Source: Octopus sinensis (lineage: Eukaryota). From it: a stretch of 64,000 nucleotides of DNA. Under the pieces are notes generated by a model. It had not been told where the DNA came from. It saw nothing but the letters and a program-made list of their open reading frames with translations, and did not search any database. Position 1 is the stretch's first letter. Every line of letters begins with the position of its first letter. Where the stretch lies: the NCBI RefSeq assembly GCF_006345805.1, contig NC_043010.1, forward strand, positions 64,976,001 to 65,040,000, read 5' to 3'. The translations under genes and the position numbers were made by a program. Shown here piece after piece: positions 27,100 to 38,960 of this stretch.

Positions 27100-28800
27100 T
27101 GGGAGGTTATTAGGAACACAGTACTTCCTAAAGAGCACACGTAACCCTTAATGTAATTTTATGCTGTTGTTTAGCAAAAGCTTTCTGGGAGAGTTTATGC
27201 GACATTCGATGTCTGTCTGCACTGATCTCAAGCCCCTACCTCCTTTATCTCTTTTTAGTTAGAGCTAGTTTTGTGGAAGTTTCCAATTGATGTTAGAACC
27301 TTGTGGGTCGTAATGCCTATAGAGTGATTTCTTCTACAGACCAGTCAACTAGCCCAAATGTTGGAATCAGCATATTGTCTTGTTGTAAGAGGAGTATTCG
27401 GACTGCCATATTTTCCTAAGCCTTGTGTAATATTCTTAAATCACTCTCACTTTATTTACAGTACCTTGGTATGATATAATGGGTTGGTGCATAATTATTG
27501 CGGCTGCATTTCAACAAATTTTATTCAACAAAAACAATAACTACATGTAACAAAAACATCTTTAAATGATTATTCCGGAGATATTCACCATCTACTTCAA
27601 TTACTGCTTCCGCTCCCATTTGCTTGGCAGACAGTCAGACCGTCATTTAAAGATGTTTTCGTTAAATATCGTTATTGGTTTGTTGGTATAAAGTTTGTTG
27701 TAAAAAAAAGCTGCAATAATTATGCACCAACCCAATAATTTCATCAATACAGTTGTACTTGTAAAATTCCGTGTTTGGGACAGAGATTGTGAGACCACTG
27801 ATTCACAGCTTTGTGTCTGAAAGACTGCTTTTCCCCTTCATAAATTAAATACAAACAACTCTTCTGGCCAAATTCCATTCCTAATTCCTATGTCAACCGA
27901 AAATGTTATTTATTCCAGTTTTTTGACATCGTTAACATGCTTAGCATAAATCGTGAGGTCATCCACATAGATATTATGCTTACATCAATACCTTTGCAGT
28001 TGCAGACCCTAGCATATAGCCATTTAATTTTGCAGCGGGAATGGCAATGGGTTTAACGCCAAAATAAACAGAAGTACAGAGAGATTGTCTCCCTGGAATA
28101 TTCCCTTTGATATATTATGTCATTGGAGACAATCTTTGTCCTGAGTATGAAGATTGTGACTCAGGTCTTTATGAGCCGCTCAATGGCAGCAATTAAGGTA
28201 ACAGGCAGTTTTGTGTAACGGAGACACTTCAGCAGCCATTAATGGAGAATAGAGTCAAATGCCTTCCTATATTGAAGACATACTCTTTTTTTTCTTCAGA
28301 CAGTACAACGTTGTTTATCAGAATTTGTTTGGTACATCCTCATCTAGCCTTCTTTCCACCAGCTTGCACATCAGTTGGACTCACAATGATTCTGGAGGAA
28401 TTGGTTGAGACAACTTGTGTACACTTTACACATACTATTTAGGCTAGCAATGGGCCTATAGTTTTCAGGCAACTCAGTGATTTCATTGTTGGCTACGAGT
28501 TTCGTCCGTGCTATAGCAAACCAATTTGGTGTGTCAATCTGGCTGTCCATAATAATTTTGAATATACTTATTAGTGTTTTCCTGTAAAATGTCAGCATCT
28601 TATACAAGTATACAAGTCCCTTCTAATTGGCTTCCCATTATGCAGTTTTTGACTAGAGCTCTAGTGAAAATTTTCAGGTTTATTGCATATGTTTTATGTT
28701 GATGTTGGCAGAGTATTATCTCTTTACTGCATTCAGTCACAATGCATTGAGGTAGAGATTCCTGTTTTTGTTCCAATTTTTCAACCAAACTGTTTCGAGA
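27100..28800 (-). mobile_element. R4/Dong-like LINE remnant (second copy, opposite strand)
   Basis: NYRPIASLNSMCKVYTSCL, GIFQGDNLSVLLFILALNP, YVDDL and GGRGLRS. Confidence 0.8.
27479..27735. mobile_element. Mariner-derived MITE nested in the LINE
   Basis: TIRs tgggttggtgcataattattgc / gcaataattatgcaccaaccca, flanked by TA. Confidence 0.85.
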
Positions 28801-28830
28801 TATTGTTGAGAAAGGACTTTCTTAATGACA

Positions 28831-28861
<31 letters not shown>

Positions 28862-29784
28862 TGTATGTATGTATGTATGTATGTATGTATATATGTATGC
28901 AATCTCAGATATGTAATATATTTGGTAGAGAAATGTAACGAAGAGAAATGTTCGCAATTAGAAGACAATAGCAACTAGTTGGAATGTAAAACAAACAAGA
29001 CACGTTATCCCAGTAAGGGCTAAACCATGATTTCGGAGAAGAGATCTAGCCAGTTCTACAGTTCAAATTATTGAAAATAATCTAATTTATTAAGTTTTAG
29101 TAACTGTATTGCGTATGTGATCCTTATATAAGAATTGAAATGGGGAAAGTACTTGTCTTTAAAGTACCAAAATTAGATTATTTGATACTATTAAGGTTAT
29201 CACCATTGCTTGTTTTCGATGTTCAACGCACGCAGAATTTTTTATTAATTGCTTGTATTGTATAATTTCATGGAAGTTTTACATGCATTAAATGCATGTA
29301 TGAGACGCTACCGTATGCAAACCCATTTATCTATCCGTATGTACATGTCTATAAATGTTATGTCCATTTAGATCCTGCAACTTGCTGGCACAATAAATAG
29401 TAGGCGGTAAAGTAAGCACCAGACACAAATAATTACTTATATTCTTCGTTAATATGTATAAAACGATACAGACTACTCCGGATGTAGTGTTGAATGTATG
29501 TTATATAAATAAATCAAGTGTAGAGTGGAGATGCATTTATTGTCAGAAACCAGTAAAAGTAGAAAGGGAAAAATATTTCTCCTTTCTCTGTTTATTTTAT
29601 CAATCAAATTTTATATGAGGCTACAAATTTTTCAATGGTCTTCCAGAATTTCATCATTCTTGTTAATGTTTCTCAAATAAAATCTAGAAATATTTCAATG
29701 AACGTTGATTTCACACTGCTACTATTTTAGTCCTTTTAAGAAACATCACTCTTATATAACATGAGATATTATGGAATGCCTTAC

Positions 29785-29907
29785 CTTCGAAATAGTAAAA
29801 CTTCGGTGTATATACGTTGAATGATACATAGTCTTGATATGTGAAATTTGGATTGTTCCAAATGACTCATTATTCTCTTCATCTGGCCAATACTGCATAC
29901 ACTTCAT
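29785..29907 (-). CDS. PTP domain exon 5
   Basis: tttgcag|...AAG|gtaagg, 123 nt, MKCMQYWPDEENNESFGTIQISHIKTMYHSTYIHRSFTISK, with the KCxxYWP motif. It lies inside track ORF 29752..30180. Confidence 0.95.
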
Positions 29908-30773
29908 CTGCAAAATATATACTTCTTTAATATGTTCATAATTAAACCAAAATAAAGAGTATGTCCATTCTATAATCAAACATTTCAAATTATTGAAAAT
30001 AAGCAAATTTATTGAATTTTTAGTAACTGTATTGCGTATGTGGTCCTTATATAAGAATTGAAATGTGGAAAGTACTTGAGTGTAAAGTGTTGTGTGTGAA
30101 CAATTAAATATGACGAAGTGATCATTAATGTAGGAAAAGGTCTGTTTAAAGTGTGTCCTGAACCCTTTAATATATGCCATATTTAAGAGTAGATGGGAAC
30201 TCTGGGCAAATGTTGATTTCTAATATGTAGGGGATCTAAACAGGTTTAAATAATTACAACTAATAAATATCTATTATTAAGTTTCTAAAGTGGCTCACAT
30301 AAACTGCGTTTTCATGAACACACAGTATATGTATCTCTTTAGAGATTTATTTTTTCCCTCATGAAGGAGGAGTGTCCAATAATAGATATAAATATTTTTT
30401 TATATGAATAGATAACCGGATCTCCAGAAACAGGCCATTTGATTATTGACTGGATTATTAATATCCAAACTTTCTTCTTTAGACTCTTAACTCTTTATGA
30501 TTTTTTTTATAATCTATAAGAAGATTTATACATGTAATTGTTTTTTCAATATATTATTAATGCATATTAATATATTTATATATTTTTATATGCATATTTT
30601 TAATGTATTGATTACTCTTTATAGTTTCATTATATTTATATACCTATATAATTTTAATATGTCTAATGAATTAAATATACTCTTAAAGAAATGCATTTAT
30701 GTTGGGTCTATTGCTGAATATATGTATATATGAACTTGATTTGCCTAACTTTGATTCATACTTTTATATTATA

Positions 30774-31148
30774 CAGGGTGATTCAAAAGTCTCTGTACAT
30801 AGGAAAAATTTATCTTTTTATAAGTAAGTTTACAAGATCCCCTAGATTCCCTGATCTGACCCCTCTTGATTTCTATCTTTGGGGGCATTTGAAAGGCATG
30901 GTGTATCGTGGCAAGATAAAAGACATAAATCATTTGAAGGAACGTATCACCAACTCATTTGCACACGTATCACCAAATGTGCTATTACGAGTTCACAGTG
31001 AGTGGGAAAACGTATTGCAATGTATATTCAAAAATTCAAAACAACGGTAACCATATACAGCCTGTTAATAAATAAAATCTGTTATTATAAACTGTTTTTT
31101 ATAAAAAGATAAATTGTTCCTATGTATGGCGACTTTTGAATCACCCTG
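30774..31148 (+). mobile_element. Internally deleted Tc1/mariner element
   Basis: TIRs cagggtgattcaaaagtc / gacttttgaatcaccctg with TA on both sides; internal PRFPDLTPLDFYLWGHLKGMVY. Confidence 0.9.
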
Positions 31149-31152
31149 TACT

Positions 31153-31184
<32 letters not shown>

Positions 31185-32909
31185 AACATATATACGTATA
31201 TATACATGCATATATGTACGTACGTGTCTATGTATGTATAGTTATTCAGTTATTCATGTTTATGCATATGTATATCTATCGTTAGCGTCTAGATTCTCTA
31301 TAATCCTAAAACTAAATTCTTGAGAATCTGTAAAGTATGAACACACTATCACCAGTGTAATTCAGGAGAAGTCTCCATACATTCTAAATGTATTAACGGT
31401 TTAACATATCAATAGGATAGCATCTTAAGGTAGTGAATAATCTAGTTTTTATACTTTTTTCTGAAACTTATGGTTATTCGGGAAGTCTTAGACTCTACTA
31501 AATATACACACAGACATATATGATTATGTATATAAATGAAAAGTTATGCATAAATTGTCCAATTTCCACAAAATTATTTCCTATATTCTTGTCCATAATA
31601 CATTCCTTAAGGATATACTTCATATCTTGTAGCAAGCATATTTTCAGTGATACTACACTCATATCCAAATAATACTGTTAACCAAAGATGATTTACTGAT
31701 CAGATTAAGTACTCACTCACACATTACCCACAAAATTACGAACCAAAAGTATAAAAGGAATAATCTTATGATTTAGTCTGTCATTCATTACTTCTAAAAA
31801 AAATACTGATTGTTAAAATCTTTTTTAATTTACGATCCAGAGACATCCCTAATAATCATGAGTTTTATAAAATCTCCAACAAAATTACAATGAAACTTTA
31901 TTGCAATGCATACCTGGTTCTTCTTACTCATAATCTATCGTTCAATAGTGAGACGTCCTATCGCAGTTTTACGGTACAATACATCTGTACTGTATTTTTC
32001 TTATCAAAGAACTAATATATAGAGCTATAACAAACACAAACTCTTCCTCTTTATCGACGTCAGACTTATCCCATCAACACTGCTAAACATTCAAACAGTA
32101 ACGTCACACTTCGTTTGCTTCTTTAGCTTTCCATTATCGTTTCTTTAATAGATTTCAATGCTACTGGAAAATTCTATTCTTCCCAATAAAATATAACATC
32201 GTAATCACAAGACTTGCCAAAGTTTTAAGGAATTCAAACCTACTATCTTATGTTTTGATCGATTACTTCTGCCGTTTTTGTATATATTGTAACGTTGGAT
32301 GTCTATATTTATGTATACAACTTTATACACATGTCTATCTCCATACATTTTTGAAAGGACAGTATGTTACAAGAGTCGAACATCTTTGTGTATTTATTTA
32401 TGTATGTACTGCTTAAAGACGAGCAATGAAAACTTAACATCTACATTCCCTCTACTGGTTGTCTGCTGGGGAGTTGTGAATCCGATTTCAACGAGTTATG
32501 GCAAGATCACTATCACCCAGTGAGGTCAGTAATCTGCAGCATAATCTAATACAACCATTTGTAGCAGAGGAGCAAGCTGAAAAGATGTATAAAGGAGAAG
32601 AGATTTATACATTATAAGACCACAGGCATAAGCACTTTGACATAAAATTATGAGGTAGAAATCAACTTGACACTGTGTAACAACAGTTGACCAATGTTAG
32701 GCATGTTAATTACAAGTGCACTCCATCCCCTACACTTCTAAATAATGTCCGTCTGAAAAAGTTCCCTCACAACGTTGGATCGACTCGAGACTAAGGCAAA
32801 GAAGCTTGATCAAATATAGCAAGCAGTGGGATCAAACTGGAACTCTCATATTTTATACAGAAATTTCTTCGAAATTCAAGCCGTAAGCGCATCACACACA
32901 CACACAAAC

Positions 32910-32970
<61 letters not shown>

Positions 32971-33194
32971 TTAAATATATATATGTGTGTGTGTGTGTGT
33001 TTGCGAGTATGTATGCATGCTTATATAAATGTGTATGCGTGTTTGTGTTTATGTGTGCATGCATAATATATACATCCATACATATATGTATAAAGGTAAT
33101 TTAACCAGGAATGTTTCTGTTGTAAAAGCTCCCCGATAGACATGATATCATTTCAATAAAATTATAGCTAAAATATTTATTTCTTACAACATAC

Positions 33195-33292
33195 CTTTCC
33201 TGCAGTAATCGTATCGTTTAATGCGATTATAGTATTACATTTTAATTGCCAAATCATCCTCCAAAAGTCTGTCAGTGTACTTTGTGTAGGAC
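33195..33292 (-). CDS. PTP domain exon 4
   Basis: taaatag|...AAG|gtatgt, 98 nt, (G)PTQSTLTDFWRMIWQLKCNTIIALNDTITAGK, with the DFWxMIW motif. Confidence 0.95.
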
Positions 33293-34882
33293 CTATTTAA
33301 ATAAAGAAGTATAAATAAAACCCAAAGAAAATTTCAAGAAATATTATAATATTCCCTGCATTCTGTTCATATCTAACCCTGTTTGTTGTCATTTGTACTA
33401 ATCTGGTTGGCACTGTCCTGTACGTTCTGTTTCCCACAGTCAATAAGCTCTAAAACTTCAACTACGAGCCATGAGATTTGCCTTTCAGAGTCTAACATTA
33501 TAAGTAATTTCCATTGGAAAATAGAGCTATGTTCGATAATTATAGATGTCAATGATATATAAGATATATCATATATGAATATTCTTCAAAGAACAACTAA
33601 ATGATAAACTAGAGTTCATTTTTTCTTTTGCATGCGATTTCAGTTTGCATCCGACGTTTCAACATTGAGTTTGTGCGTATGAGTAGATACGTATACGTTT
33701 GTGAGTAGACAGACGTATATCTGAGTATGTGTGCGTATATTAGTGTTTCTGTGTGCCTCTCTGTGTGTGAGCATAATTGTGTATGTGCAAGTGAAATTTT
33801 TCTCTGCCCTCCCGCCATTTGCCTGTCTTATTTTTCTTCTCCACTTTTGTTTGATGTGTTTCTTTCTCATCCTTGCCTGTCTGATGCCTCGTCCCGTAAA
33901 TCTTCACTTCATCGCTCCTTGCACTAATAAAACTTTTCTCTGTCTCCGTTCTTTCTAAGGTTGCATTTTAGCAGGACAGAAAATGTAATGCACACACAGA
34001 CACACACACGTACGCGTGCTCACACACACACACGTGGCATACATACCACGTATACAGAGAAACGATATAAACATGTAGTACAGTAAATTATACAACGGAG
34101 TTCCCAATATAAACGAGGGAAATCCATGATAGAGAACATGAAAGTTCTTCGTTAGAGCGGATGTTTTCTGTACAGATGAAAGTAAATATCTAGAAATATA
34201 AATCAGGTACCGGTCTTTGGTAACCATTTATGGAGTATTCGTCTTTAGTTACACCTCTAATGACTATGGTATATATAGAAATGGAATACAAAGTAAAACC
34301 TGGAAAATATTATTTCATTTATTTTATTAAGGTTATTTCTACAGAAATCATCCAGCAGCATTGATTTTTTTTGCTACAAATTTTTGTACCGAGATGTCAG
34401 ATGTAATCAATGAGATCGGAGACAAAAATGGGTAATGAGTATATATACTATATTTAGGAAGTTTTCGCACTTTCATCAGCAGACATTTAACCCACTCTTG
34501 CCTCCGAACACACTGTTTATATATCCACCGCATACCAAAGTGTTAAGTAATCAGATATACCAATGTACACATCAAACGCATTCCTGGGGATGGTATGTAA
34601 GCATTAATGACTTACAGGTACGTAGTTTTTCGTTATGCAACCATAATATACGTTAAGGTAAAAGTAAAGAGCACAGCTAACGCAGAAGACATGGTGTTGA
34701 CTCATAAAAACAGTTAATATACTTTATACTATAACGTTTATTGTTCATTATGGTGCATGACGAAATTCCACGTGCCTACAAATCATTATTATTTCTTTTA
34801 TTGAAAGGCCTAAAGAAATTAGGATTCGCACAAAACTTTCAATATGATTATTTTCTTTATCAATATAATTTATAATACATAC

Positions 34883-34907
34883 CTTGACAAGCAATATAAC
34901 GCTGGTT
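34883..34907 (-). CDS. PTP domain micro-exon 3
   Basis: gtttcag|AAC CAG CGT TAT ATT GCT TGT CAA G|gtatgt, 25 nt, NQRYIACQ(G), the YIAxQGP motif. Phase 0-1 fits both neighbours. Confidence 0.8.
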
Positions 34908-35162
34908 CTGAAACAAAGCAAAATTAATTTAAAAGATTAATACACATGTCATTCATTCAAGTATTAAATAGCAAAGAATGAAATAGGAAATTTAATTCAC
35001 TCTCGAGCTTCCATCTTTGTTAATGGTTATGGTTTCTTATCATTTCTTGTTATAGTAAATCTTACTTTGTTAATATTATTGTTGCTGTAACTCATCTTTA
35101 GTGCTACATTGAAATGTGAGCATTGATGATTATAAAATTAACAGAGAATCCAACGAAACATT

Positions 35163-35805
35163 CGTCATCTAGTATATATAAATCGCAGTATGTGTGTGTG
35201 TAGAGTTTTCCATACTTTTTAATCTTTTTATAAAAGTGAAACGATTTTTTCTATTTATCTATTTCCACTATCCACCTATATAAATCACAATATGTGTGTG
35301 TATAATGACTAACGCTTACATTTCCACAGTTCTCATCCGATTTTCACCAAACTTTGCACACACATTACTTATGTTCCAACGATCATCATGCACTATTACG
35401 CGTAATTGGACGTAAAGGGACATAGTGGAAGCATTTTGTCTAATTATTTCCCTTGTCTACATACGACAGTGATTCAGTTGAGTAGGAACACTGTACACGA
35501 TAAATATCCAATACCAAACTATCTTAATCTACATAATTAAGGTGCAGTAAACTTTGGCACGCTTACCTTTACCTATTCTGAGTTTGCACACACATTACTT
35601 ATGTCCCAATGATGGTCATGCACTATAGCATTTTACCCAGAGCTCCAGCGTAATTGGACGTAAAGGGACATAGACTTTTTGTATGGAGAGTTTTCTATCT
35701 TTTTTTCATCTTTTTATAAAAGTGGAAGCATTTTGTCTAATTATTTCCCTTGTCTACTAAAAAAATTGCAAACTCACTTTTGTGAGGTTGCGAATCAGTA
35801 CTTAG
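35163..35805 (+). mobile_element. Non-autonomous Helitron-like element with internal duplications
   Basis: 5' TC..tatatataaa/gtgtgt start, ccgattttcaccaaacttt box, duplicated internal blocks, 3' hairpin gcaaactcac-tttt-gtgaggttgc followed by cttagt. Confidence 0.5.
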
Positions 35806-36005
35806 TATTACGAACAAGTTAGGTTATGAAATATGATAAACACTCTCTACATTTCTTAAAACTACAGAATGATTTTCAAATATTTAAATAGGGAAGATGC
35901 AATGGCCACATATATGCAGCATCAAAACCAAGACGAGCACAGATTACAGAAAAGAATATGTTATGCTAACGCATAAGAAGATTGAAAGAAATATTTTTGA
36001 TATAC

Positions 36006-36079
36006 ATTGATGAAATTTGCATTGATGTAATCTGAGGAAGATATCTCGTCAGGCTGAAGTTTCACACGTGAATGGTCGT
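36006..36079 (-). CDS. PTP domain exon 2
   Basis: atttcag|...AAT|gtatat, 74 nt, (Y)DHSRVKLQPDEISSSDYINANFIN, with the D..RV.L and DYINA motifs. Confidence 0.95.
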
Positions 36080-37000
36080 CTGAAATATGCAACGAAGAAA
36101 TATATATATACTAATTAGCAAATAGTAGTTATATGAGCAAGAAATAGAAATCACAACGACATCTAAAAGCCAGAAAAATATATTGCTTAAATTAGTATTT
36201 AAAAAATTATCAATAAGAGAAAAAAACTTTAAACAAGCATTATGAATGTCAACATTAAGGAAAAAAGAGAAGCATGTGAATTTGCATGAGAGAGAACATA
36301 ACAAGAAATTATGCACTGAGTCAACATTCCAAATCCTGCTCAATTTGAATCATTCAGTATTCATTTATTTGAACTCTATTCTATTACAAACAAGGTGCAT
36401 TGAATCACTTTTATACAAATGTAGAAACTATTGACTCATCTCATGGTATTTTTTCCTTTATTTCAAGGACTCACTAAGCATAAGTTTCCTAATTCATGGA
36501 GGGTACAAAACTATTTGATAGAAACATTTAAATATTGCTTATAGGGATTTCGCACTAATCCATTTTCTTTCAATTTCTATTGTTGTTATAGAGGAAAGGT
36601 TATACTTATTTCTCTGCATATCATGACATAGCAACTTTACTCGGTTCTCATATTGATTAAATAAATAAGAAATAAATAACTGAAATAGTCTAGATTAGGT
36701 AATTACACGCAGCATAGGAGTGTGGTATAATAAAACAGCTGTACTGAATTTTTTCAAAATTGTTTCTATTGATTTTTGAGGTACTTTGAAATTTCCACGT
36801 TAAAATTATTCAGAGTTCTCATCAATGTTCACTGCAGCTATCTGTATCAGCATCAATGTAGTTAGAGAGAGAATATTTTTCGAGTTGAAAGAAAATTTAT
36901 AATATTCAAGACATAAAAAAGGCATACATTTCATTTCAATTGTTTTCATTTGTATAGTGAGTATGAGGCCTTAAAATATATGAAAGAAATCAGTATTTAC

Positions 37001-37088
37001 ATGGAAGTATAAAGTTATGCAAATTCTTCCTTGTATTCTCAGGTTTAGTTGCTTCAGTATAAGGCATTGGTAAGGTCTGTGGCAACCT
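37001..37088 (-). CDS. PTP domain exon 1 (wedge / pTyr-recognition loop)
   Basis: tttgtag|...T|gtaaat, 88 nt, phase 0-1, RLPQTLPMPYTEATKPENTRKNLHNFILP(Y). KNLH stands at the KNRY position. Confidence 0.88.
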
Positions 37089-37158
37089 CTACAAACATAT
37101 GAAAATGAAAGTCGTACAGTTTTAACAACATAAATATTGTTATTATCAGTGACACATA

Positions 37159-37375
37159 AGGCGGCGATCTGGAAGAATCGTTAGCACGCTGGACAAAATG
37201 CTTAGCGGTATTTTGCCCATCACTACGCTCTGAGTTCAAATTCCGCTGAGGTCGACTTTGCCTTTCATCCTTTCGGGGTCGATGAATTAAGTACCAGTTC
37301 AGAAGTTGGGTCGATATAATCGACTTACTCCTCCTCCAAAATTTCAGGCCCTGTGTCTTTAGCAGAAAGGATTAT
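37159..37375 (+). mobile_element. tRNA-derived SINE, family A
   Basis: aaggcggcgatctggaagaatcgttagc...gagttcaaattcc...gcctttcatcctttcggggtcgat. Other copies near 4105, 5045, 6175-6460, 12090-12270, 37500-37680, 41400-41545 and 54920-55300. Confidence 0.85.
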
Positions 37376-38349
37376 TAGTGACACATTATCAAGAATCTAG
37401 TAAATAACAGGAATTAATAACGCATTACTAACAAAATAATCAGTGAAAAGTTATTAACGATATATTTAGTGACACAATGATTTCTGTCCTGAACACAAGA
37501 GCAATTGTTTTGAGGGGAGTGGATAAGTTGATATTGTAGTTCCCAGTATTTGATTGCTGTTATATTTTATCGACCCCTAAAAGATAAAGAGTGACCTCGA
37601 AAGGATTTGAACTAAGAAAATAATGAAAGAACAGAAAGCAGTTTTACCACACACTCTAACGATTCGGCCGGTTACCGGCAATGCAACACAGTAGCGATAA
37701 ATTTAGTGAGAAAATACTAACAAAAGGGCCGATTACTAACTACTCAGTAAATATTAGAGTTCTATCAACACAACACTAGAAATAAAATTAGTGAAACGTT
37801 AACAACATATTTTGTGAAATACTATTAACTATGCAGTAAATGATTCTATAGTAATAATATTATTATAGTATTAACAATGCATTAAATGACACCTAACGAA
37901 CAATATAGTAAATAGGGCAGTACAAATAATTGGCAAGTATTAATTTTATTTAGTGACAGGCTACTGTCAAACAGTGATATGTTGTACAACAAAGTAATGA
38001 GAGACTATTGTCATTACTAAGTAACACTCTACTAATAATAATGTCATTAACAGTTAGCTAATATTGCTATCTAACTTATTTACTTCTACCATGTTAATGT
38101 TAAAATTTCTCATCTTGATATTAGCATTTTAAACAGTGTTAGGTTAAACATAGCTCATATATGGCATTGTACTAACTCGGTTTTCACAAATAATACACAA
38201 CTAGAATAAATGAAGTATCACATCTCTCGGATATATTGATACGTTAAATTTATACTGACACTAATAAGAATAGTGCTTCAGTATTAATAATAAATGAGAT
38301 TACGAATAAACAAAATGTTTGAAAATATTCATAAAAGGCAGTCACTGAC

Positions 38350-38489
38350 CAAGAATTCATCATTATATGGTTCCACTTCCTGTTTCTTCTGAGCAACATA
38401 ATTCAGTAGATATGAGTGAGACGAGGAACTGGCTTCGTTGATGTATACACCTTCGCTTTCCTTCATCTGTATATCCTCATAGATATGTG
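38350..38489 (-). CDS. Juxtamembrane exon 2
   Basis: ttcatag|...TTG|gtcagt, 140 nt, phase 1-0, AHIYEDIQMKESEGVYINEASSSSHSYLLNYVAQKKQEVEPYNDEFL. It ends in the EF motif that typically precedes RPTP D1. Confidence 0.8.
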
Positions 38490-38629
38490 CTATGAATAAT
38501 GATAATAAATATTAATAGGGAAAAAATGCGCATATACACAAATATTAATAGTTACTAAAAAGTATAAATACGCACTCTTCCAGAAATATACACATATATA
38601 TCTCCTGCCCAATTCAAGATCACAACATA

Positions 38630-38960
38630 CATGTACACTGCAACATAATTTCTTTTCCTCAACAGGCCCTGCCCTATTTAACATTGTCCCGAGGGAGATC
38701 AAAGAGGAAAAGGATCCCATCAACTTTAAACAGAGTCTGGATAGATTCCTTCAAAGAATACCAGATAAGCCACCCATAATTGGATACAACTCACCCAACA
38801 AGAACTCACTACTTGAACAAAACTGGATACAACTCACACAACAAGAACTCACTACTTGAACAAAACTTGACTTAAACAGGATTCGAATAATCCTATCAGG
38901 TGGTGCTATTAAGTTAGACATGGCCTGGACCAATCTTTGGTCGAAACATATCTAAGTTTA
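38630..38960 (+). mobile_element. CR1-like LINE 3' end with a 43-bp tandem duplication (38781-38866)
   Basis: GPALFNIVPREIKEEKDP..FKQSLDRFL..IPDKP, same family as 1-860. Unit tggatacaactcac.caacaagaactcactacttgaacaaaac is present twice. Confidence 0.75.

Noticed and set aside
29752-30180. 142-aa ORF as a single gene
   Set aside because: Only 29785-29907 is PTP-like and bounded by AG/GT; the rest is intron read-through. The same holds for ORFs 3062..3445, 914..1108, 13481..13723 and 63621..63962.
31880-32150. Faint WPD/HC-like text (SVTLLFECL / WDKSDV / EEPGMHC) on the minus strand
   Set aside because: Needs several frameshifts and stops, has the wrong length, and lies upstream of the KCxxYWP exon, so it is out of order.
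38781-38866. 43-bp direct repeat considered as a CRISPR-like or regulatory array
   Set aside because: Two adjacent copies with no spacer inside a LINE 3' end in eukaryotic DNA; simple slippage duplication.
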